DNA from: Candidatus Sysuiplasma jiujiangense
Lineage (GTDB): Archaea > Thermoplasmatota > Thermoplasmata > Sysuiplasmatales > Sysuiplasmataceae
Length of the DNA stretch: 64,000 nucleotides
Direction of reading: 5' to 3'
Assembly: GCA_019721075.1 (NCBI GenBank)
Contig: JAHEAD010000004.1
Coordinates: forward strand, 1 to 64,000
The position numbers and the translations under genes were made by a program. A model generated the notes under the pieces. The model was not told where the DNA came from. It saw only the letters and a program-made list of their open reading frames with translations, and ran no database searches. Shown piece after piece: positions 9,962-18,903 of the stretch; positions within the stretch are counted from its first letter, which is position 1, and each line of letters starts with the position of its first letter.

Positions 9962-10203
9962 TGTCCTCCCTCGGGATCGGGAAGAAGGTCGATCGTATCA
10001 CCGTCATTGAGGCTTGCTTCCGAAACGGTTTTAGATGCCGAAACAAGTTTCTTTCCCACCTTCATTAGATAAGGTTCATCAGGCAATTCCCAGAACTCCA
10101 CTGCACTGTCCAGAACTTCCTGCAGTTTTGTGGAGTTGTCTACTTCCATAAGTGCACTGTTTCCCGTTTGCGTATTTCTTACGCTCAGTTTCATAGTTTT
10201 CAT
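9946..10203 (-). CDS. Ubiquitin-like (beta-grasp) protein precursor ending in GG-QWQSL
   Basis: 85 aa with a ubiquitin-like pattern (MEVDNSTKLQEVL...TVSEASLNDGDTIDLL) and di-Gly followed by a 5-aa extension; lies between E1 and E2. Confidence 0.85.
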   Translation of the reverse strand: MKTMKLSVRNTQTGNSALMEVDNSTKLQEVLDSAVEFWELPDEPYLMKVGKKLVSASKTVSEASLNDGDTIDLLPDPEGGQWQSL

Positions 10204-11010
10204 TTATATCCTTCCATGGTTCTGACAATTTGGATTCACTTCAGCCACAATCTCCTCAATGCTGGTCGTCATTCCGTCGAACATCATAAGAACGCCGTTC
10301 TGCCTGATGCCTGAAATTATCTTTATGGCCTCAAGAGACTGGACAGATCCTATGATTCCCGGAATAGACGGCTCCGAGCCAATGTGCCGGGAGTAGGCAT
10401 TCGCTTCTCTGCCCGTGCACGTGTATGTGCGGTCAATCGTAGACAGGTGGCTGCCATTCACGGTGCACTCATAGCAGGCACCTGCAGGTGGTATAACGAC
10501 CTGCACGCGTCCGATCAGGCCGTCTATGCCGCCGTCGACGTAGGGAGTTCCGGCGAAAAAACAGTTTGAGTTGATATGGAGCCTCGTTTTCACCGAATCA
10601 ACACACCCTATTACGAGGGTGTATTTTGAAAAGAAGGTGTAATTCAGTCGCTCCGCATCCGTACGCATTGCCCGCAGGTTGCAGTCAGGATTAATCTCTC
10701 TCGCTCTTGAACGCACGACCTCTACCTTGCTTCTGGACTTATCCGCGTCCGCCCTGCTGAACAAAAAGCAGCGCCCAAGATTTGTAGTTTCAACCACGTC
10801 CCTGTCAACGACCGTAATCTGAGAAGGAGCATAGAGCACCAGGTTTTTGACAACCTCATTCCCGAGCGCACCCGCTCCTATGATGCATATCCTGGAAGAC
10901 TGCACTGCATCGAGATCAATTCCATCCACCAGCCTGACGCGCGAATACCTGTCCGCGCTTTTCAGCATGTTCTGTGTTCTGCTCACTTCTGCCCGAATGC
11001 ACTTATCCAT
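10204..11010 (-). CDS. Ubiquitin-like activating enzyme E1 (ThiF/MoeB/Uba family); start may be 10968
   Basis: RYSR, GAGALGNEVVKNL, D...TNLGR, CYEC, YTCT (candidate catalytic Cys) and C-terminal CQNH. Confidence 0.93.
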   Translation of the reverse strand: MDKCIRAEVSRTQNMLKSADRYSRVRLVDGIDLDAVQSSRICIIGAGALGNEVVKNLVLYAPSQITVVDRDVVETTNLGRCFLFSRADADKSRSKVEVVRSRAREINPDCNLRAMRTDAERLNYTFFSKYTLVIGCVDSVKTRLHINSNCFFAGTPYVDGGIDGLIGRVQVVIPPAGACYECTVNGSHLSTIDRTYTCTGREANAYSRHIGSEPSIPGIIGSVQSLEAIKIISGIRQNGVLMMFDGMTTSIEEIVAEVNPNCQNHGRI

Positions 11011-11267
11011 TTATATACCGAGCGGGAGAATCCTGAACATGTCTGGAGGGAGTATTAAAGCAGGCTGACGCTGCCATATATGCCTGAAATCACCGTGGAA
11101 GCGCAACTTCTGGTATATCGGACTTATTCCGACCTGCTGTGGCGTTGCTTCAGCGTATAAAGGGGATTAAACATGGCCAGCGCAATCGCGTATAGTCCGG
11201 AATCGGTGAAAGGGCAAAGTTTATGACCGATTCTACTTTCTTCCACAAAGTGTATATGGTGCTGTAG

Positions 11268-12392
11268 ATGACTGGTGATTTTGTTGTCACGCCATGGGAG
11301 GTGCGTGGCGAAGTCGATTATGACAAACTGGTGAGCCGGTTTGGCACTTCCTATATTACGGCGGACTTGATAAGGAGGATACCAGGTGGAGAGAATAATA
11401 TTTTCCTGCAGAGGAAAATATTTTATTCCCATCGGGATCTTGACTGGATACTCCTCAATTATGAGAAAGGGAAGAGGTTCTATCTGTACACAGGAAGGGG
11501 CCCGTCAAGCGGCACTCATATTGGCCACATGATACCCTGGATTTTCACCAGACAGATGCAGGAAGCTTTCAATTCAAAACTGTATTTTCAGATGACGGAT
11601 GATGAAAAATTTCTATTCAAGGAAAATCTGACGCTCGAAGACACTCGAAAATCGACCTTTGACAACATACTTGATTTTATTGCGCTTGGTTTCGATCCTG
11701 CAAGGACCAAGATAGTCATCGACACTAAGGATATCTCCTTACTCTACAGGACAGCTCTGAAGGTTTCGAAGAGAGTTACGTTTTCAACCGCAAAGGCCGT
11801 GTTCGGCTTCGACAACAGCACAAATATAGGATCCATATTCTTCACATCTATTCAGTCAGTCCCGGCCTTCCTCGAATCAGAACTTAAGGGCGAAAACGTG
11901 CCCTGCCTTATTCCATGCGGCATTGACCAGGATCCTCATTTCAGGGTAACAAGAGATGTGGCCCCCGCACTGGGCTACTTTAAACCCGCGCTTATACACT
12001 GCAAGATGCTTCCAGGTCTGACGGGAGGCAAAATGTCAAGCACCGGGGAGGCTGCGATATACACAACCGACACGGATGCTGCAATCACGAAAAAGATAAT
12101 GAACGCGTTTACGGGCGGCAGGGCAACGGTCGAGGAGCAGAGAAGACTTGGCGCGAACCCAGACATCTGTCCGGTCTATCACCATTATGAGTTTCTTTTC
12201 GAACCTGATCCGGCAAAACTGAAGAAGATTGAAGAGGACTGCAGGAGCGGCGCCCTGCTCTGTGGCGATTGCAAGGCGAACCTTCTGTCAAAGGTGAAGC
12301 TTTTCATGACTCAACACAGAAAGAACAGGGAACGTGCCTCCGAGATTGTGGATGATTTCATGCTCAGCGCAAAGGGACTGGAGGAAGGGTGA
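11268..12392 (+). CDS. trpS: Tryptophan--tRNA ligase
   Basis: VTPWEV, YTGRGPS, HIGH, GIDQDPHFR and KMSS motifs. Confidence 0.97.
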   Translation: MTGDFVVTPWEVRGEVDYDKLVSRFGTSYITADLIRRIPGGENNIFLQRKIFYSHRDLDWILLNYEKGKRFYLYTGRGPSSGTHIGHMIPWIFTRQMQEAFNSKLYFQMTDDEKFLFKENLTLEDTRKSTFDNILDFIALGFDPARTKIVIDTKDISLLYRTALKVSKRVTFSTAKAVFGFDNSTNIGSIFFTSIQSVPAFLESELKGENVPCLIPCGIDQDPHFRVTRDVAPALGYFKPALIHCKMLPGLTGGKMSSTGEAAIYTTDTDAAITKKIMNAFTGGRATVEEQRRLGANPDICPVYHHYEFLFEPDPAKLKKIEEDCRSGALLCGDCKANLLSKVKLFMTQHRKNRERASEIVDDFMLSAKGLEEG

Positions 12393-12393
12393 T

Positions 12394-13902
12394 ATGGTGC
12401 CATCTTCGGCAGGCGGTGCGGAAAGCCTGAGTATTTCGGAAAAAAAGGTACTCTCTGCCCTTTCAAGACTTGGCGGAAACGCATCACTCGGGCAGATATC
12501 GGCAGTGGCCAGTTTCAGGAATCCAACTGAACTCATGAATGCGCTCAACTGGTTGAAGGCCAAGGGTTATGTGCGTGTCGACGAGAAAGTGATGCGTTTC
12601 TACACCCTCAAAGAGGAGGCAAAGCATCAACGCCTTCCGGAGAGGATAGCGCTTGAGGAGATAGCCAGAGGATCTGTTGGACTTGATGAGCTCGGACTGC
12701 GTTTGGGAGATTCGAAACTTGTCCCTGTCGCGGTTGGATGGCTGAGACGAAGGAACTGGGCATCAATTGACAGCAACAGGAAACTGATAATCACGGAGGA
12801 GGGCAGGAAAGCGATTCTTAGCCCCGCCGAGGATGAGTTGCTTCTCGAACATCTGGAACGGGGAGAAGTAGAGGAGAATGACGGAAACAGGAAGGTACTG
12901 AGGGAACTGCTGTCACGTCGTGATTTTGTCAAGGAGCATGACAGAATAGTCAGAGAGGTAAGCCTCATTGAAAAGGGGCTGATGGCTGTTTCGGAGGGCC
13001 TTACATTCGAAGAAGACGTATCGCTGCTTACCAGCGAACTGCTGAAGACAGGAAAGTGGAAAAACCTGCGTTTCAGGCCATACGATCTCAAGGCGCCGGT
13101 TGAAGTTATAGGGGGTCCGAGACACCATCCGCTCCTTCGCACGATCAACCAGGTATCCACAGTCTTTGCCGAAATGGGCTTCACTGAAATAGAAGACGAT
13201 GTTGTCCAGTCTGCATTCTGGGACATGGACGTACTCTTTACACCTCAGGACCATCCTGCAAGGGACATGCAGGATACGTTCTATCTCTCTAACCCATCCC
13301 ATTGGAAAATCGAACGGAAACTTGCGTCAAGAATCCGCTCTGCACATGAGCAAGGCGGCTCGACAGGTTCGTCCGGATGGGGATACCGGTGGAGCGAGGA
13401 TGAAGCATCAAAAATGCTGCTGAGGACACATACGACAGTTGCGACGATACGATATCTGGCAAATCACAGGAAGCAGCCGGTAAAGGCATTCGCGGTCGGC
13501 AGGATATTCAGGCATGAAGCCATGGATTCCACCCATCTGTCCGAATTTCATCAGATAGAGGGTATTCTGATGGAAAAAGGTGCGTCATTCGACATGCTAT
13601 GCAATGTCCTCTCCGAATTCTACAGAAAAATGGGATTTGATAAATTCAGGCTGCGCCCTGGCTACTTCCCGTACACCGAGCCTTCGATGGAGATAGATGT
13701 TCTCTACAACGGCAGGTGGATGGAACTTGGCGGTTCAGGAATGTTCAGACCGGAAGTCCTTGCTCCTCTCGGTATACGGCATCCGGTCCTTGCATGGGGG
13801 CTCGGCCTGGAGAGGCTTGTCATGATAAAATACGGCTTCAGCGATATTCGGGATCTTTACCTCAGCGATCTGTCTGCGCTGCAGAAAATGCCGGTAATCT
13901 AA
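12394..13902 (+). CDS. pheS: Phenylalanine--tRNA ligase alpha subunit
   Basis: PQDHPARDMQDTF, RTHTT, FPYTEPS and AWGLGLERL; ATG at 12394 right after the trpS stop. Confidence 0.96.
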   Translation: MVPSSAGGAESLSISEKKVLSALSRLGGNASLGQISAVASFRNPTELMNALNWLKAKGYVRVDEKVMRFYTLKEEAKHQRLPERIALEEIARGSVGLDELGLRLGDSKLVPVAVGWLRRRNWASIDSNRKLIITEEGRKAILSPAEDELLLEHLERGEVEENDGNRKVLRELLSRRDFVKEHDRIVREVSLIEKGLMAVSEGLTFEEDVSLLTSELLKTGKWKNLRFRPYDLKAPVEVIGGPRHHPLLRTINQVSTVFAEMGFTEIEDDVVQSAFWDMDVLFTPQDHPARDMQDTFYLSNPSHWKIERKLASRIRSAHEQGGSTGSSGWGYRWSEDEASKMLLRTHTTVATIRYLANHRKQPVKAFAVGRIFRHEAMDSTHLSEFHQIEGILMEKGASFDMLCNVLSEFYRKMGFDKFRLRPGYFPYTEPSMEIDVLYNGRWMELGGSGMFRPEVLAPLGIRHPVLAWGLGLERLVMIKYGFSDIRDLYLSDLSALQKMPVI

Positions 13903-15098
13903 TTCCCGTTCATATCCATCAGGCCTCGAAGTTTTGCCTCGATTCTGGCCGCCTCCCTGTAATTCCCTTCCTCCCTCTCGATTTTAGCTAGAAGGCCGTA
14001 ATTCATTTTGGAGTCAAGAACTGATCCGGTCGAAGTTGAGTTCCTGAGAGCAATATTGAGTTCATCCCTTGCCCGTGCATAATCCCGAGAATGGGCTGCT
14101 ATCCTGGCCCTTATCCGATGAAATTGCGAGACATTGTGATGAGCTCTGCCAGAATCAATACCACCTATCATGTCCATTGCTCTTTTAATCTCCCCCTCCA
14201 TCGCCAGCGCTTCAGCCATGGTGAGGTCCTGTTCAAATCCCTCGCCGCCTGTTCCACCGAACAACTTAATAACCTGCCCGCTGCGCTCTTCGGATAAGCA
14301 GATTCTTGCGGCAATTTTCCTGATATTTTTCATTCCACCAGACGATGGCATAAAATCGATTATGACGTTTTTCAGATCCGCATCCTGTGATGCTTCTATT
14401 TCGTTCGGATGGAATGAAGCCGTCCTCTCCGCTTCAGAATGACGCCGGCACATCAGAAGGTATTTCATTCTGCCAGCGTAATCCATTGCCTCCAGGCAGT
14501 AGTCGGCCATTGCACCAAGGCAGAGATTGCGGATACCCTTATCCTGCAAGATCGCGTCTATTGCACTACCTGACGATTCAAGCAGGGATATTTTGTTTCC
14601 TCCTGCATTCACTGTGAATGGAAGCTTTCCGTCGACGTGGAGGAGGTGTCTGTCAAGCGGTGTACCGGCAATACGCAGCATGCAGAGTTTGATAATATCT
14701 CGCTTGTCCATCTTTGAAAGCACTTCGTCTGCCGACACCCTTCCAGGATAAGCCACCGCCTTATCGATGAGCCTCTTCTGTTCAATTCGCATGTACAGGC
14801 GTTCGGCATACTCCTTTCCGTGTGAAGTCAAAAGGTAAATCTTGGTTTCTCTGCTGTTTCCCTTCACTCTTGCCAGATCGCTGTAAAAGAGTCCCTTCGA
14901 GGAGCCTCTTTCCAGTTCAATGGCGACATGGGCTCTGCTGAGCATCAGTGAATCTGAAATGCCGTCCTGAGTCAGGAGGTATTCCTCTTTTCTGCCACCT
15001 GCTTTCGCTGTCGTTTCGGAAATGTGAATTATGATCCTGTCGCGAACCGTCAGGTTTTGATCCTTCTCGGGCAATGTGATTCGGGTAGGTAATTTCAT
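13899..15098 (-). CDS. Winged-HTH plus TPR-like helical repeat protein
   Basis: N-terminal LTQDGIS...SRAHVAIEL...KIYLLTSHG (wHTH) and C-terminal TPR-like helices. Confidence 0.65.
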   Translation of the reverse strand: MKLPTRITLPEKDQNLTVRDRIIIHISETTAKAGGRKEEYLLTQDGISDSLMLSRAHVAIELERGSSKGLFYSDLARVKGNSRETKIYLLTSHGKEYAERLYMRIEQKRLIDKAVAYPGRVSADEVLSKMDKRDIIKLCMLRIAGTPLDRHLLHVDGKLPFTVNAGGNKISLLESSGSAIDAILQDKGIRNLCLGAMADYCLEAMDYAGRMKYLLMCRRHSEAERTASFHPNEIEASQDADLKNVIIDFMPSSGGMKNIRKIAARICLSEERSGQVIKLFGGTGGEGFEQDLTMAEALAMEGEIKRAMDMIGGIDSGRAHHNVSQFHRIRARIAAHSRDYARARDELNIALRNSTSTGSVLDSKMNYGLLAKIEREEGNYREAARIEAKLRGLMDMNGN

Positions 15099-15249
15099 TC
15101 AGTGATAAGGAATTTGTTATCAATCCGGCGAAGCTGATAAATTTTTTTGCGAAACCCGCTTTGCTCCTACCTACATACCCGAATATCATTTGGTCCCTTG
15201 TGATGGCGTTCAAGCCGATCATGTAAGGATTTGTGCCATTTGAAAGGAT

Positions 15250-15504
15250 TTGCTGCCTGATGGCGACTTCAGGGACATGGTGAACACTGCCATTGACAGG
15301 ACACTGAAGGAGGGTATAGCATCCCGCAACAGACTGTCAGCTGCCGTTTACAGGGAGTTGGTGGAGAAGCATTCAGTTTGTTTCCAAATATTCAATTTAA
15401 CAATTCGTCAGTGCCGTTATTTGTGGTTTGACAGAAGTGCTCGTATCATCCGAGATGGCTGCAGTGAAGGGTGGCATTTCGCCCTTTGTACAGTAAACCG
15501 GTGA
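15250..15504 (+). CDS. Hypothetical protein (uncertain)
   Basis: 84-aa ORF with no recognisable motif. Confidence 0.25.
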   Translation: MLPDGDFRDMVNTAIDRTLKEGIASRNRLSAAVYRELVEKHSVCFQIFNLTIRQCRYLWFDRSARIIRDGCSEGWHFALCTVNR

Positions 15505-15661
15505 GTGCAATCAAAATGCCCGTGTGATAAAAGAATTCGTATTGTCTGATGAATTCACTGTCCTGCTGCAACGATCTCAAAACGGCAAGTGCCATCACGT
15601 TTTTTGACACGAAAGACTTGACATTCACGATGCCGATAGGGTAGAGTGCTGATGCATTGAG

Positions 15662-17390
15662 ATGGCGCATACAAGACTCATGAAGCTTTTTGCCGTTATC
15701 GCCTCTGTTGTCATCATGGCTGCAGGAGCAGGATATGCCCTTCATGTGTACAGCCGGAGAAGTGTTTCACGGCCCAAACCCAAGCCTGCCGGTTATTTCG
15801 GTCCGCGAATGGTTGTGAATTCAGGCAGCCCGACAGACAGCATTGCCAACAACACAACCATCAATGTGCAGATTTTCTCTGCCGTCCCCTCGGCATTCGC
15901 GAAGACAGGACTTAGCTTCTACAGCATTGCCCAGGGCAATCAGTGGAACAACAGTGTCAACGATGAGCTGCTGAATTCAACGATGCTGCCTGGAAACGCC
16001 TCGACCGGCAAGTTCTTCCTGTCGACACAGTTCAATTCAATTGCAAAGGAATGGATGTCCCTTCTCTCACCGGACACGGGAACGAACTACCCTTCACTCA
16101 CAGTCGAGGCGGTCAAGACAGTCGTGCTGAACGGAAGCATGCTGCTCTACCAGTACTACAACAACATTCCTTTCTATCCTTTCAGCCTGTCCGTTGTCAG
16201 CGCAAACAGCACAGTGCTCTCAAACAGCACGCTTCTCGCATCAACGGGACTGGAGAGCTGGTTTGGCGGCAGCAATGTCAGTCTTTCGAACTATTCTCAG
16301 ATATCACTGACGGACGAGGTTTCAGCCTGACGCTTGTCTTTCCCTCTGTACCCATACAGGTCATATCTGCCAATGCTTCTGCAAACGGAGACCTGTCCCA
16401 TTCTTATGCGGGAACTCCCGCCTCTGCCGTTCCCTCACCCGATAGCTGCCATTGGGCATACTACTACACCTATCCGAGCACCACAAGCAACACGCTGGAA
16501 AGGACGACCTATGCGAACGGAACACTTCCGTTGCCGGGCGTGCACATGGGCAGGAATGCAGACCAGGGCAATTCACAGATAGTTCTTGCCGCCAGCGTTT
16601 ACATCCAGAATGACACAATCAATTTCAATTCAAACCAGGTCTACGCCAATCCTTCTGGATCGATAACAACGACAATGAGCACGCAGCCATCCTTCTCTCA
16701 CATGGCAAACGTAACTGTTGGCAACTCAGGAGGTGGAACGGATGCCATCCCGCAAGGCATTTCGGAACTCTTAGACAACCACAGCTACGCGCAGAATCTG
16801 ACAACGGGATTTGCAGGCATCCAGGGTGTCGAGTATGAATTCCAGCACTACAACAGGTACACCTGCAATTACAGGTATTACCGGGAACAATTCATCTGCC
16901 CTCCATACAGGTATCCGCCCCATCTCCTTTCCCAGACACTTGTTTCGAAGGTCTATGACGGCAACTTCACAATAGGCGAAATTGTTCATGTCAAAACAAC
17001 AGCAGGACTTGTTGTTAAGGCATCACATCTTTCGATATGGGAGGCCTGGGTAATTCAGCACCTTCTTCTGTCGCATTCCAACGGCACTCTTATCCTGAAT
17101 GACAATGGACTTAACACCTCTTATCGAAGTTCAATCGTTTGGGCGGTGACATACGGGTGGACAAATGCCGCAAATGTAGTCATGGAGACTTCGGAAGGCA
17201 TTGTCTATGTTTTGCACAGCAATTCCGCGCTGTCTCGCCATCATATCGGTGATTGCTGTTGCGAATGGACTAGATCTTGATGCTGGTGAACCGGCCGTCA
17301 TACCAGATGCTGCAAGCTTGGTTGCAGATACACTTTCCTGTCCTCGGTGCTGTCACACATCATTTCTTCAGCCATTAAATAGAGCTTATC
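15662..17390 (+). pseudogene. Frameshifted Ser/Thr/Asn-rich exported or surface protein
   Basis: Signal-anchor ORF 15662-16330 continues in another frame (FSLTLVFPSVPIQV... to ~17200) and again in a third (AIISVIAVANGLDLDAGEPAV); many N-x-S/T sequons. Confidence 0.7.
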
Positions 17391-17719
17391 ACTGGTGGTG
17401 GATGGTTATTTCTGATTGTGAACCGCATAGATCTTCGGATGTGGTAGTGTCAGAAACATCAAGCATAGACCTCGATCTGAATGCGTGCATTAACATCACT
17501 GCCAGGGGGTCAGATATGTCTGAAACGATCCATTCCAATAGACCAGCCAGGTGAAGCAGTGAACCGGAATCCTGTTTGCATGACTGAACAGGTAATCCGG
17601 GGAGCAAATGGTGGGAAGCACCGAAATTCATTCGGAAGCGGATGAATTTAGGAGCAAAGCCTGCGAAACCATTAAAATAAAGGCAGGATATGTGAAGAAT
17701 TGCAAGAGGTAAAGAGAAT

Positions 17720-18187
17720 TTGCCCAATCCGCATGCAGGAGTCAGTGAAATTATTGGGCTCCTGGAAGCCGTAAATGATTTTGATGGAAACGTGAACGCT
17801 TCTGTACTCGCTGATGATTTTGACCTGGAAATCGATGAGATCTATCCGGCCATCGAAAGTGCTGAAATGCTAGGTCTCATCTCCACCCCAGAAGGGGATG
17901 TCAGACTCACCGATGCAGGTAGGGCATTCCTGAAGGCCGACATTCAGAATAGGAAGGACATCCTCAGGGAGCAGATGCTGAAGGTTGAAAGTTTTTCAAA
18001 ACTAATCGAAAAGCTACGGACATCTTCGGAACACCGGATGAAGAGGACCGAAGTCATGAAATATATTTCAGACACCATGAAGTCGATGCATCCTGACCTG
18101 CTTTTCACAACACTGACAAACTGGGCAAGATATGCAGAACTTCTGAGATTCGACGCAGATGAGGATGAAGTTTATCTTGTAGGATGA
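17720..18187 (+). CDS. Stand-alone 'AAA-associated C-terminal' domain protein (as found on nitrate/sulfonate ABC ATPases)
   Basis: IIGLLE...LADDFDLEIDEIYPAIESAEMLGL...GDVRLT...WARYAEL pattern. Confidence 0.75.
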   Translation: MPNPHAGVSEIIGLLEAVNDFDGNVNASVLADDFDLEIDEIYPAIESAEMLGLISTPEGDVRLTDAGRAFLKADIQNRKDILREQMLKVESFSKLIEKLRTSSEHRMKRTEVMKYISDTMKSMHPDLLFTTLTNWARYAELLRFDADEDEVYLVG

Positions 18188-18849
18188 TCGAGTTCGTTAA
18201 TGACTTCAAAAAGTGAATTAAATACCTTCTCAGCCCCGGCCTCCTCCAGTTCATCGTAAGCCGCCATTCCGCCAGTTATACCGAACGGCGTTACGCCGCA
18301 TGCGAGAAAGGCACTTATGTCCACAACGCTGTCGCCCAGTCCGAATGTCTCCTCAGGGCGGGCAGAAAGCGTTTCAAGCGCAATCCGAACCGCTCTTGGA
18401 TTTGGCTTCATTTCCCACAGCACATCATCCCTGGAAACTGATATGTCGACAAAACCGTCAAGATCCAATCTCCTGAGGCAGCTGTTTATCGCCTCGCAGC
18501 AGTTGGAGCTTGTTATGGCTGTCATTATTTTCCTGTTTTTCAGGTATTTCAGAAGGTCCATGCATCCGTCTTTCATGGAAGCTCTCATAGCCCCTCTGCA
18601 TTCGTAAACGCACAGTTTGTGAGATGCCTCAGACCATCTTTCCTTCCTTGTCCTTTCGGGACCGCTGTCAAATCTTGCCGACTCCCTGAGCAGGCTTACA
18701 GGCAGGTATTTCAGTCCGGAGATGTCAAAGCCGTTTCTGAGAAGAATGCTGCCAACCTCAATGCCGGCTGATTTCCAGTCAACAATATCAGACATGTCGA
18801 CAAGCGTGAGGTCGAAGTCAAGCAGTGCTGCCTTGTAACGGTAATTCAA
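18172..18849 (-). CDS. HAD-superfamily hydrolase (phosphoglycolate phosphatase-like)
   Basis: DFDLTLVD motif I, TSS, KPNP and GDS..D. Confidence 0.88.
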   Translation of the reverse strand: MNYRYKAALLDFDLTLVDMSDIVDWKSAGIEVGSILLRNGFDISGLKYLPVSLLRESARFDSGPERTRKERWSEASHKLCVYECRGAMRASMKDGCMDLLKYLKNRKIMTAITSSNCCEAINSCLRRLDLDGFVDISVSRDDVLWEMKPNPRAVRIALETLSARPEETFGLGDSVVDISAFLACGVTPFGITGGMAAYDELEEAGAEKVFNSLFEVINELDHPTR

Positions 18850-18903
18850 TCTTTTTCCCCTGCGGAGGGTGGATGCGTATTACTAAATGAGATATACTGT
18901 TTA

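Noticed and set aside
9946..11010. E1 and Ubl as simple MoeB/MoaD or ThiF/ThiS sulfur-relay genes
   Set aside because: No cofactor biosynthesis genes are adjacent, and a canonical E2 and a JAMM are coupled to them.
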